A stretch of 64,000 nucleotides of DNA from an uncultured Verrucomicrobiae bacterium. GTDB taxonomy: Bacteria > Verrucomicrobiota > Verrucomicrobiia > Chthoniobacterales > UBA10450. Made by a program: the position numbers and the translations under genes. This document shows positions 47,400-57,476 of the stretch, one piece after another. The notes under the pieces were generated by a model, which worked only from the letters and a program-made list of their open reading frames with translations, was not told where the DNA came from and searched no databases. The number at the start of each line of letters is the position of its first letter. Positions within the stretch are counted from its first letter, which is position 1. Location of the stretch: contig CAWDGJ010000007.1 of NCBI GenBank assembly GCA_963801815.1, positions 32,001 through 96,000 of the forward strand, read 5' to 3'.

Positions 47400-50300
47400 T
47401 TAGAACCGTTTCTTGATCGCGACGTACCACAGACGACCTTTGTCGTTCGCGACCGATTCATCGTAACCCTGGGCGTCACCGCTCTCGGCGAACCCAGCGA
47501 CAAATGGCGGCTCTAGATCGGCCACGTTATCAACACCCAACGTGAGCGTGGTATTGTTCAGCCACGCTCTCCAACCACATGGATTGTACTCCGCAGTCGA
47601 AACCGGCATCACATTCTTTTCCTTGCCGTCCTTCATCTTCACGTTCTTTCCGCCATCCTTGGCATAGCCAGCCACTTCAGTTTGCGCAGCAGGTGGTGGC
47701 AGGTTGAACGTGTAATTGAGGATTAGGTCAACCGTCGTCCACTCCCGTATCTTGCGGTCCATTTGATTGGGGCCGTTTGGCGTTTGAGTCGGGAAGACGT
47801 CGCCATTGATGTCCCAGTATTGGCCAATGTAATGGACAACCATTCCGGTATCGATTCCCTGCATCCAAGAGCCAGTTGGCCCGTCATAAAACAGGCTGAA
47901 GTATGCGCGGTTATGGGTGAAGTTACCGAAGCCGTTCGCGCCCTGGAATCCGCCACCATATTTGCCGACAATGGTCGTTCTCTTGCCGTCAGGCAGAAAT
48001 TGGATGTCGGCATCCGCCAAGTAGGTCCAATTCACCGTACCGGTAAACGTTCCCCAATCTCCATGGCCGAGCCTGGTCGTGTCGAAAACCTCCACGCCTT
48101 CGAAATCCCATGCCGTAGTGATAAATCGGCCGAGGTTTTGCTCAGGCGTGTTCAACAAGAGAATCGGCGCCGTGGCGCTTCCATCTCGCTGTACCCACGC
48201 TTGCGTAAGAGGGCCAGGGCCATTTGTGAACAGGAACTGGCCTGGGTCACGCTCCGAAAGCTGGAGTAATTGTTGCACATCCAAGGTCGCAGTAAATCCG
48301 CGGATATCGATGTGAACGAGGTCAGCACTAAGAGTCAGACCCTGCAATGGCGCCCACCATTTGCCGGGCGTGAGAACAGCTCCGTAGGTGTACTCATAGG
48401 CGATTTCCGGCTTTAGGTTCTCATTACCTAAGAGGTGTGTCTCATACTGTGAAGCAAACGTCGGATTGTACGGGTCTGTCAGGCCGGGGAAGCTTTGACT
48501 TGTTCCAGAGAACAACTCACCCAGTGCCGGAGCGTGGAAGGCCTCGATGTATGCAGCTCGCAACGTCAAGGACTGGTCTATCGGCTGCCACCGAACGTCG
48601 AACTTCGGTCTCTGTGTTTGACCGAAATCGCTGTAAAACTCCTCACGCTCAGCATAGCCGAGCTCCAAACTGTAGGCGCCCGGGAAATTCCAGGTCGGCC
48701 CGGTTACCGGAACGCGAACTTCTTCAAATACCGACCAAGAATCGCGACTACCCTTGGTAGGAGCGAAATTCGTGGCACCGGTGGTTTGACCAGAAGACGT
48801 TAGTGCGTCCGGATTGTCGGTCGTGTGGTTAGTGAGATGGGCAGCACCAACCGCAAATCGAACTGCGCCTCCCGGGAGATTGAACGCGTCGCCGCGCAAA
48901 GTGAGGTCTTCAGTCAGCAACGAGGTCCAGCCGATGTGGTTGGTCGTCACGAAAACCCGGTCGATAACGAATTTGGTGTTAGAGTGATTGCCAAATGCGT
49001 CAAACGCCGTGGCCGGATCTGTATCCAGCAGCGCGGTCCGCATGGCGTTGTTGTTTACGATACCGCCGAAACGTTCAATACGGTAATCCTCGTTGTAACG
49101 AACACCAAAATCCCATTCCCACGTTTTGAGCTGGTCCCATGCGTTGGCGAATTCGCCCAGATTACCTTTTAGGCCGCCAGTAAACGTATAGTTATCGTCA
49201 TAGATTTTATCGGTGCGTAATCCGTCTTCAATACCACGATAGCGGACGCCGGTAGTAAATTCGGTCCCCACGGGCGCAGCACTCGCTTGAGTGTTCGGGA
49301 ACGAGGGATTGAAGCCGCCTGCCGAAGTGTAATCAGCAACCGTGAACGGGTTGAACGCATTTTGTGTGGGCACGCTGATACCGGAAGAGCTGATACCGAA
49401 CGGGTGAAGCGCGTCGGTCCAGACATCGGGTGTGAACGGCGCCGGGGCCAAACCGCCGTCCCAGAATTGCCGCACATACTTAAAATCAGCGTACACCGTC
49501 AGGTATTTGTCGCAGAGATCGCGGTCAAATGATCCATACAAATACTCTCGATCGGTAGCCGGGACCGAAGGCGTTAGGTCGGAGAAGTTGAAGAAAAGGC
49601 GTTCTGAAGTGAGACCATGGGTAAAGGCCGCACCGTACATGTGAGTTATCGAACTGGTTTGCGGAAGCGTGCGGCGTCGGCGTTTTCAGGTGGAGTTTGA
49701 AAGGCTCTTTGGCCAACGCAAGGAACCACCTGCTCCCCACGCGTCCCGCGATATTACCGCTGCGGATGTCAAACCCACCAAAGGTGACTTTATTAGCATC
49801 GTGCGAAATATTGACGTCGCGCGAATAAATGGCGGAGGCGTTGTAAATGCCTGCATAAACGACGATGTTTGTTTTGTCATCGCCGGCGCCTGCGAGCAGG
49901 TATGCCGTTTCCGTGCCCTGGTCACCCGCGAATCCAAGATTGGTGTTGCCATAGCTCGCGTAAATCTCCAACCCACGGAACTGGTGAATCAGAAAGACGT
50001 TCACCACACCGGCGACCGCTTCGGTTCCATAAATTGGTGAAGCGCCGTCTTTCAGGATGTCGATGTGATCAATCAATCCCAACGGAAAAGTGTTGAAATC
50101 AACGAACGAACCGGCAAAGGCAAAGTTAGACAGACGGCGTCCATCCTGGAGGATGAGGGTCTCCTTCGGATCGATACCGCGCAGGTTGATTTGGGTTACA
50201 CCAGCGCCGCCGTTGGTCACGTTCTCGCCAATGTTTGAACCCGTTACGGCTGGAATTCGTTGGATCAAATCCGTTGGAGTGCGGACACCCAACCGGGTGA

Positions 50301-50571
50301 TATCGTCACGGCGATAGGTGTCAACCGGGTTCGGGCCGACTTCTTCGGCCGTCGGAATATTGGAACCGGTCACGACGACGCGCTCGGCTGTCGCCTCAGT
50401 GGCCGCCGGTGCCGCCGCGTTCGGAGCGATATTCGATCCGGTGACCGGGGCTGGCGCGTTGGCGTCTTGAGCATGCGCGCTTATCGCGATGATTAATGGA
50501 AATGCGGCTGCTACAAGAGCGACGCGAATTCCCAACGTTTTTTGCACGTTTCTAGTCATTGGTTTCTCCAT
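47400..50571 (-). CDS. TonB-dependent receptor (frameshift near 49640-49740)
   Basis: Signal peptide, TonB box ERVVVTGS, plug INLRG/IDILKDGASPIYG, barrel LKPE, LTLGVDN, C-terminal Phe (KKRF). Confidence 0.88.
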
Positions 50572-50608
50572 GGGTTTGGTTAGGTTTGCGATAGGGATTA
50601 TTGAAAAG

Positions 50609-50623
50609 TTGTCAGGCTGACAA
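50609..50623. promoter_or_regulatory. Candidate operator TTGTCAG-G-CTGACAA upstream of the TBDR
   Basis: Perfect 7-1-7 palindrome about 40 bp upstream of the start, in an AT-rich promoter region. Confidence 0.45.
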
Positions 50624-50822
50624 GGTTTTTTTTCAGTTTTTTGAAATTTTTTTGAACGGGCAAACCAGCCCATTGTCTGGACTCGCTCCCGTTTTCCGGC
50701 GGTTCTATCGGATTTCCCCCTGCCTGCCTAGTAAAAAATTAAAGATTTTTTGACCCCTTGGAACGCCGGCTCTCCGGAACAAGTCATGCCGCGGCGCCCC
50801 AAAGGCCCTATTCCGCACTGGC

Positions 50823-52718
50823 TCAATGCGAAACTTGAGTTACGTGCAAAACCTCACCGCGCCGAAACGTTTCCGCGCAGGACCGCAGGCTTTCCACCAT
50901 TGCGCGATCCCCTCTCTTGTCTGCTAACGTCTCGCCTCGTTCAGCGGTAGCAGCCGCCTGCGCGAATTGGCCACTCTCGGCCTGCGCCGCCGCCAGGGTT
51001 CGCAGCACGACCGGGTTCTCGCCGCCGCTTTTGATGGCGCGTTGCGCCAGTTCGAGCGCTTCCGCTCCATCGCGCAAGTCTGCGTCGACCGCGGTCGACC
51101 GCATCCACGCGATATCGTTTTCCGCGTCGGTGTTGTCCGAGTCGAACGATAATGTTTGCCGCCAGGCCGCAATCGCCTCCCTGATCCCCCCTTTGCTCGC
51201 AAACAGGACACCCAGATCATTACTCGCCGCGACGTAATCCGGTTGAATTTGGAGCGCCCTCCGAAGATGGAGAATCGCGGGGTCGATCTTTTGTTGCGCG
51301 GCCAATGCTTTCGCCAATCCAAAGTGGGCCGCGACATTACCATCACGCAAATGCAACGCCCGTTCATAATGAGCGATTGCTTCATCGATTTGACCACGAA
51401 CAAATAGGATTCCGCCCAAACCGGTTTGAGCCACGTCGTTCTCCGGCGTTACCGCGAGGGTATGCCGCCACAATGTTTCCGTGTCGCGCCAGTAAGTTGT
51501 TTGCTTGGCCGACAAGAATGATAGCGCTCCAACGACGAGCACACCGGCGCTGCTCAAAATTATTTTCCGCGCCGGCAATGATTTTGTCAGATCGCAAGCC
51601 AGCCAGACGAGAGCGATATCAAGCCCGATTTGCGGGAGGTAAGCATAACGGTCCGCGTGGCCCTGTAAACCGACCTGCACAATTCCGATTACCGGAACCA
51701 TCATCGCCAAGTACCAAAGCCAGCCGACAATCAAATAAGGATTTTGCCGGCGGCGAACGAACGCGATCCCTGTCACGGCGATCAAAAAGAGAATCCCAAT
51801 CGCGAGTCGCCAAAGTTCCAGTCGATTCTCGGGATGAACATAAAACGGAATTAAATCCGCCGGCCACAACATTTGCCGGACATACTTGAAATAACTGAAG
51901 ATCGCGTTAGTGACTCGCCACTTCAGTGGCAGGAACTGCGTCGACCCGAGCGCGAAATTTTGGGCCCACAATGTTGCGAACACTGAACCCACCGAAAGCG
52001 CGAATAAGGGAATCTTTTCGATCAACAGTTTCGCAACGGTCGATTTCTCATATCGATGAAGCGGCCAATAATCGATCAAAAGCAGGACGATCGGCGTCGT
52101 CACCAACATCGGCTTCGACATCAGTCCGCACGCGAGGAGGATGGCCATCGTCAGGTAACGGTTGATAGTTCGCTGTCGGATCCACCAGACATAGGCCAGC
52201 AGCGTGGCCATGAAAAAGAATCCGCTCAGCACATCCTTCCGTTCCGCAATCCACGCCACCGATTCGACCCGCAATGGATGAATGGCGAAGACAGCGGCGA
52301 CAAAGCCGCTCGCCCAAACCTTGTTCGTCATCTGCGTGAGCAAAATAAAAAGCAAAATCGCCGCGAAGCTGTGCCAGAACACATTCACCAAATGCTGCGG
52401 CCCCGGATTCACGCCGAACAGCTGACAATCCAGCATGTGCGAGATCGTGGTCAGCGGATGCCAGTTCTGGGAATGAATGTGGGTGAAGGCCCATTCAAGT
52501 CCGCTCCAACTGATGCCCGCGCGCACGTGTGGGTTATCGTAGACATACAGCGGATCGTCGTAGTTGATGAACTGATGATCGAATGTCTGCCCGAATACCG
52601 CCCACGTGATCGCGGCCAGGAAGGCAGCAATGCCGAATCGGGTCCACCAGGATTCTTTCGTGCTCACGATTTCGGAATCTACAGTTTCAGTGCTTTCGCG
52701 AATCGGGCTTGGATTCAT
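50823..52718 (-). CDS. TMTC-like membrane glycosyltransferase with TPRs
   Basis: FINYDDPLYV, NWHPLT, HPLRVESVAWIAERKDVL, SKPMLVT, ADRYAYL, TPRs. Confidence 0.82.
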   Translation of the reverse strand: MNPSPIRESTETVDSEIVSTKESWWTRFGIAAFLAAITWAVFGQTFDHQFINYDDPLYVYDNPHVRAGISWSGLEWAFTHIHSQNWHPLTTISHMLDCQLFGVNPGPQHLVNVFWHSFAAILLFILLTQMTNKVWASGFVAAVFAIHPLRVESVAWIAERKDVLSGFFFMATLLAYVWWIRQRTINRYLTMAILLACGLMSKPMLVTTPIVLLLIDYWPLHRYEKSTVAKLLIEKIPLFALSVGSVFATLWAQNFALGSTQFLPLKWRVTNAIFSYFKYVRQMLWPADLIPFYVHPENRLELWRLAIGILFLIAVTGIAFVRRRQNPYLIVGWLWYLAMMVPVIGIVQVGLQGHADRYAYLPQIGLDIALVWLACDLTKSLPARKIILSSAGVLVVGALSFLSAKQTTYWRDTETLWRHTLAVTPENDVAQTGLGGILFVRGQIDEAIAHYERALHLRDGNVAAHFGLAKALAAQQKIDPAILHLRRALQIQPDYVAASNDLGVLFASKGGIREAIAAWRQTLSFDSDNTDAENDIAWMRSTAVDADLRDGAEALELAQRAIKSGGENPVVLRTLAAAQAESGQFAQAAATAERGETLADKRGDRAMVESLRSCAETFRRGEVLHVTQVSH

Positions 52719-54453
52719 CCGGCTGACCGTTCTGCAACAGGGCCTGCTGCAAAAACTCTTGCGCGTCCGGATACGTCGGGTCGAGCGCGAGCGCTTCTTT
52801 ATATTGAGCGATCGCTTTGGGCAGCTGACCCAGTCGATGAAGACCGACCGCAAGATTATAATGAGCCCGCGCGTTCGAGGGTTCGCGGCTGACCACGATT
52901 CGAAAATGCTCCACTGCTTCCCCGACGCGGTCGGCCTTTAGCAGCAGATTGCCGAGATTTGTCTCCGCATCCGGATCTTCGGGCTTCACTTTCAAAGTCA
53001 GTTCGAAATGGCTGATCGCCGCATCAATGTCGCCCTTCTCCATCAAAGCGTAGCCCATTTGGAAATTCGCGTCGGGGTCATTTGGATGCCGGGCCAGCAC
53101 AACATCGAATTGAGCGATCGCATCATCCAGCCGGTGAACTTTGAGCAGGTATTCACCGAGCGCAAAGTGAGCAAAATTGTTTTGAGCGGTCACGGCAATT
53201 GTCCGATTCCACAAACGCTCGGTGTCGCGCCAATAATCGGTTTGAATCCAGGTGCGCCATCCCAGCGCGGCGACAATAACCGGCGCAACTGTTGCAAAGA
53301 TTTCGCGCCGGTAGCGAAACGGCTCGAGAACATCGACAACGCCCCAAACCACCGCGATGTAAAGCCCGATCTGCGACAAGTAAGTGTAACGATCGGCGTG
53401 CGCCTGGCTGCCGACCTGAATCAACCCGATCACCGGGATCAGCATGATGAGATACCAAAGCCAGCCGGTGATGAGATATGGTCTTTCTTTTCGCGTTAGG
53501 ATAGCGACGGAAGTCATCAGAACCAACAAACCGCTCGCGCCTGCAGTCTCCCAAATCGGCAATCGTCCGGGATACGGATAAAATGCCGCGAGATTGATCG
53601 GCCAAAACATTTGCCATATGTAAATAAGATAAGCCGAGGCAGCGTTGGCGATTCGCGATGTGAACGGCAGATACTCCGTGTCCAGGATTCCGTTACGCTG
53701 CGCGATTAATGTCGCGATTGCCGAACCCACTGACAAAACAAAAAGCGGAATTTTTTCAAAGATTAAATTTGCTGTCCTTTGTTCGGCGCCCTCTGCTCTC
53801 CGAAATCTGTTGAGCGGCCAATAATCCAGCACCAGGAGAATCGCCGGAAGCGTAACCAACATCGGTTTCGACAACAAGCCACACGCGAAGAAGATGGACA
53901 TTAAAACATAGCGCACGGTATTCGGTTTGCGCGTGTAGCGGACGTAGGCCAGCAGCGTCAGCATGAAAAATAAACCGCTCAGCACATCCTTGCGTTCCGA
54001 AATCCATGCTACGGATTCGACGTGCAGTGGATGAATCGCGAAGACGGCGGCGACGAAGGCGCTGCGCCAAAAAGCCGCTGTGATTTGTTCGAGCAGCAGA
54101 AAAAGAAGGACGGCGCTCGAACTGTGCAACAGAACATTGACGCAATGATGCGCACCCGGTTTCAACCCGAAAAGCTGGCAATCCAGCATATGGGAAAGCG
54201 TCGTCAGCGGATGCCAGTTTTGGAAGTGAACGTGCGTGAATGCCCAGGTGATATTTTGCCGGCTCAGGCCGGCCTGGACTTGATGGTTCTCACTGACGTA
54301 GCCCGGATCGTCATAATTCACGAACCCGAATCGCAGCGTTTGGCCGAAAACGGTCCAGCTGATCGCAATTAATGCGGCGCAGACAGCGATTTTCGAAAGT
54401 ATTCTCGTCTCCACAATTGCGTGGGAATTAAGACCCAGCGGACTTAGGCGCAA
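52687..54453 (-). CDS. TMTC-like membrane glycosyltransferase with TPRs (tandem paralog)
   Basis: FVNYDDPGYV, NWHPLT, HPLHVESVAWISERKDVL, ADRYTYL; start may be GTG 54414. Confidence 0.82.
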   Translation of the reverse strand: MRLSPLGLNSHAIVETRILSKIAVCAALIAISWTVFGQTLRFGFVNYDDPGYVSENHQVQAGLSRQNITWAFTHVHFQNWHPLTTLSHMLDCQLFGLKPGAHHCVNVLLHSSSAVLLFLLLEQITAAFWRSAFVAAVFAIHPLHVESVAWISERKDVLSGLFFMLTLLAYVRYTRKPNTVRYVLMSIFFACGLLSKPMLVTLPAILLVLDYWPLNRFRRAEGAEQRTANLIFEKIPLFVLSVGSAIATLIAQRNGILDTEYLPFTSRIANAASAYLIYIWQMFWPINLAAFYPYPGRLPIWETAGASGLLVLMTSVAILTRKERPYLITGWLWYLIMLIPVIGLIQVGSQAHADRYTYLSQIGLYIAVVWGVVDVLEPFRYRREIFATVAPVIVAALGWRTWIQTDYWRDTERLWNRTIAVTAQNNFAHFALGEYLLKVHRLDDAIAQFDVVLARHPNDPDANFQMGYALMEKGDIDAAISHFELTLKVKPEDPDAETNLGNLLLKADRVGEAVEHFRIVVSREPSNARAHYNLAVGLHRLGQLPKAIAQYKEALALDPTYPDAQEFLQQALLQNGQPDESKPDSRKH

Positions 54454-54518
54454 ACATCTTGTCGATCTGTCGTGGTCTGGAGTTGGCTGTCCGATTATCT
54501 GACGCTAAAATCGCGAGC

Positions 54519-55121
54519 ATGTTCACCGGCCTGATTCAGGAAGTTGCCAAAGTGCTTTCGATTCGCATGACCGACAGCGGTACCCAACTGCAAGTCGCTG
54601 CGCCGCGGCTCGCCGCTGAGGTCACAGTTGGCGACAGCGTGGCTGTGAATGGTTGTTGTCTGACGGTCAGCGCGCGCCACGGGGAACAACTCACATTCGA
54701 TTTGCTCGAGGAGACGCTGGACCGCACGAACCTGAAACAGCTCCGGCGCGACAGCCCGGTAAATCTTGAACGCGCGCTCGTCGCGGGCGCACAACTGGGC
54801 GGCCATTTCGTTCAGGGTCACATCGATTGCAGCTCGAAGGTAATTTCTTTCGAACGAAGCGGGGCAGACCATCGTCTCGAGATCGATTTGCCCGCCGATT
54901 TCGCGCACTACGCGGCTTACAAAGGTTCGGTCGCCATCAACGGCATCAGTCTGACAATCGCGGAGCTCATGCCGAAAAGTTTCGCGGTCTGGATCATTCC
55001 CCACACCAAGCGACACACCAATATTGACAACATCGAGCCCGGCGAACAGGTAAACATTGAGTTCGACATTCTGGCCAAGTACGTCGAACGGATGCTGGCC
55101 CGCTTCGCGCCTCAGGAATAG
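54519..55121 (+). CDS. ribE: Riboflavin synthase
   Basis: Diagnostic N-terminus MFTGLI, NGCCLT, NLERA, GGHFVQGHID, VNIEFD. Confidence 0.95.
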   Translation: MFTGLIQEVAKVLSIRMTDSGTQLQVAAPRLAAEVTVGDSVAVNGCCLTVSARHGEQLTFDLLEETLDRTNLKQLRRDSPVNLERALVAGAQLGGHFVQGHIDCSSKVISFERSGADHRLEIDLPADFAHYAAYKGSVAINGISLTIAELMPKSFAVWIIPHTKRHTNIDNIEPGEQVNIEFDILAKYVERMLARFAPQE

Positions 55122-55333
55122 CTAGAGCGGGTTTTCCGAACATGATTCAACGCGCTCGGAGAGCGCCGTTCCACCCCTCGTCGCTCTATATATATAGTAC
55201 GCGCTATTTCGTGCCCAGACGAGAAAATGTCGTAATACCGAAGGACCCACGCCACCCAGAGTGAAATGGTCAGCAGAGAGCCGTCGATCACGACCTGCAG
55301 CTGCGTGTTTAATTCCTGTCGTTGCGCGAGCAT
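55112..55333 (-). pseudogene. N-terminal remnant of a polyprenyl glycosylphosphotransferase (sugar transferase)
   Basis: MLAQRQELNTQLQVVIDGSLLTISLWVAWVLRY resembles the first TM of WcaJ-like priming transferases, then degenerates after ~43 aa. Confidence 0.5.
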
Positions 55334-55385
55334 GCTACAAAGGAGCAGTTAATCGCTCTCCTCTGATTCCGGAACTAACAAGTAT

Positions 55386-56069
55386 ATGACAACGCGGAGA
55401 CGGGTGAAAACAGCGCGGCCTCAACTTGTGGCCGTGATCGCTTCCCCTGCCGATCTCGAGGCGGCGGTTGCAATAAAACAGCCGCCCGACGTTTTCGAGC
55501 TTCGGCTCGATTGTCTTGTGCCGATTACGAATCACCTTGAGAAAAAAATCCTCCGCCTGCGCGCGCCACTTCTGATCACCGCACGGCATCCGCGCGAAGG
55601 CGGCGCGAACAACTTATCGTTCGAAGTGCGACATGATTTGCTCCTGCGATTTCTGCCGCGCGCCAAGTTCATCGACATTGAGTTGCGTTCGGCGGGCAGA
55701 TTCAAATCGCTGCTGGCCCATGCCCAAAACCAAAGGATCCGTAGGATTTTGTCGTATCATAATTTCCAAGCGACACCCTCGTCGCGCAGCCTATGTGCCA
55801 AAGCAAGGCGGGCGAAAGCGATTGGCGCCGATGTCTTAAAAGTCGCGACCCGGACCGACACGCATGCAGCGCTGACACGCCTTGTCGATTTCATCACCAG
55901 GGCGAACCCGGACATTCCAGTAAGTGCAATGGGCATCGGGAGACTCGGCGCGATTTCGCGCCTGCTGCTGGCGCGATGCGGTTCCGCATTGAACTACGCC
56001 GCACTTGCACAGCCAAGCGTCGAAGGACAAATGTCGATCGACGTGTTGCGTTCCGCATTGCCGCATTGA
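55386..56069 (+). CDS. aroD: Type I 3-dehydroquinate dehydratase
   Basis: ELRLD, ITARHPREGG, IDIEL, SYHNF, DVLKVA, AMGIG..SR, GQ. Confidence 0.9.
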   Translation: MTTRRRVKTARPQLVAVIASPADLEAAVAIKQPPDVFELRLDCLVPITNHLEKKILRLRAPLLITARHPREGGANNLSFEVRHDLLLRFLPRAKFIDIELRSAGRFKSLLAHAQNQRIRRILSYHNFQATPSSRSLCAKARRAKAIGADVLKVATRTDTHAALTRLVDFITRANPDIPVSAMGIGRLGAISRLLLARCGSALNYAALAQPSVEGQMSIDVLRSALPH

Positions 56070-56085
56070 ATTGTTAATTCGAGGG

Positions 56086-56718
56086 ATGGAAGACGGGGCA
56101 ATAACTCTACCCGACGAAATACCGGTTATGCCACTTCCGGGCGCGGTCCTTTTTCCGCATGCGTTGCTGCCGCTTTACATTTTCGAGCCGCGCTACCGCG
56201 AAATGCTTGAACACGCGCTCCAACGCGACCGCATGTTCAGCGTCACGTTGATCAAACCCAGTTGCCCAGAATGGCACGCGCCAGAAGATTTTTTCCATTT
56301 CGCAACCGTCGGACTCATCCGCGCTTGCGTTGGCCGCGGCGACGGTACTTCCAATCTCGTGCTTCAGGGTTTGCATCGCGTGCATTTCACCAGCTTTGAA
56401 CAGGAAGCACCGTTCCCGGTCGCCAAGATCGATATTGTCGAATCCGACAACAACGCGACCGTCGAAACCGAAGCACTCGGCGAAAAAGTCGTTGAGCTTT
56501 ATCGAAAACTAAAACGCGACGACCGTCAGCTACCGCCAAAGATTGATCGCTATCTCACGCAGCTCGGCGATCTCGAAATGCTCGCGGATTTAGTTGCCTC
56601 AACGTTCGTTGACGATCCGCTCCGCCGTCAGCGCATGCTCGAAGAATCGTCGGTGAACCAACGTCTCCGTTTGCTCATCACTTTTCTGCAAGACGAAATC
56701 GGCAGCGCCGCGGCCTGA
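56086..56718 (+). CDS. LON peptidase substrate-binding (N-terminal) domain protein
   Basis: PVMPLPGAVLFPHALLPLYIFEPRYREM, RQRMLEE..RL. Confidence 0.88.
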   Translation: MEDGAITLPDEIPVMPLPGAVLFPHALLPLYIFEPRYREMLEHALQRDRMFSVTLIKPSCPEWHAPEDFFHFATVGLIRACVGRGDGTSNLVLQGLHRVHFTSFEQEAPFPVAKIDIVESDNNATVETEALGEKVVELYRKLKRDDRQLPPKIDRYLTQLGDLEMLADLVASTFVDDPLRRQRMLEESSVNQRLRLLITFLQDEIGSAAA

Positions 56719-56783
56719 TTCAGTTTCGGTTTGTTGTCAGAGCATCGCTGTGCCTAATCTAACGGCCACACTTATCGATTCCT

Positions 56784-57260
56784 ATGTCGCTCGAACAATG
56801 GTCCAGTCTCGCGCAAATTATTGCTTCGGTTGGCGTGATTGTGTCTCTGATCTTTGTCGGTCTGCAGATCAAACACAACACGGGCGCGCTCCAGCGCGAC
56901 GAACACAACTCCACCATGGCGCAATGGACGGTAATCCGTCAGGCCATCGCCGGAAACCGCGACATTGCCGAGCTCATGACCGCTGGGCTTCATGGAGGGC
57001 GCGAACTGGATGCGGCCGATCAGTTGAGATTGGAGCAGATGCTGCAGGAACACGCCTGGGCATCCTTCCACATTTGGGAGAGAACGCAGCGCGGCATTTT
57101 TCCAAAAGGAACTTTTGAATTAACCGCCGGACCACTCCTGTACACTTTGTTAAAGACGCCGCGCGGCGCGGCTTGGTGGCGCGGCGCGAAGAGTAATGGC
57201 TTCATTCCGGCGTTCGTTTCAGACGTCGACGCCGTGCTCGTTAAGACTAGCCGCGGCTAA
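56784..57260 (+). CDS. Hypothetical protein with N-terminal TM
   Basis: LAQIIASVGVIVSLIFVGLQIK..T; clean 158-aa ORF. Confidence 0.7.
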   Translation: MSLEQWSSLAQIIASVGVIVSLIFVGLQIKHNTGALQRDEHNSTMAQWTVIRQAIAGNRDIAELMTAGLHGGRELDAADQLRLEQMLQEHAWASFHIWERTQRGIFPKGTFELTAGPLLYTLLKTPRGAAWWRGAKSNGFIPAFVSDVDAVLVKTSRG

Positions 57261-57476
57261 CCGCAGCTCACTAATTCTCGCTAGACGTTGCTTATTCGTG
57301 CGAATGGTTGCCCGATAATCGCGACCGGAACTTCGTGGCGCTACTTCGAGAGCTTAGCGGCTTCCTTCGCTATCCATTTCGGAATTCCCAACTATTTTAG
57401 CCGTGTTCGCAAGACCTATTCGTTAGGGGGCGACGTTTAGCAGTCTCGCCGCCAAGCGCGGTCTAACTATTTCTCG

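Noticed and set aside
48501..48514. Second perfect TGTTC-N4-GAACA (LexA-like) site
   Set aside because: It lies deep inside the TBDR coding sequence (ELFSGTS), far from any start codon, and is plausibly a chance match
57261..57476. Intergenic region with short repeats (aactattt x2) and GTTRRR/YYYAAC-like motifs; possible ncRNA or attC
   Set aside because: No recognisable RNA family or proper attC geometry; the hairpin may simply terminate dgt
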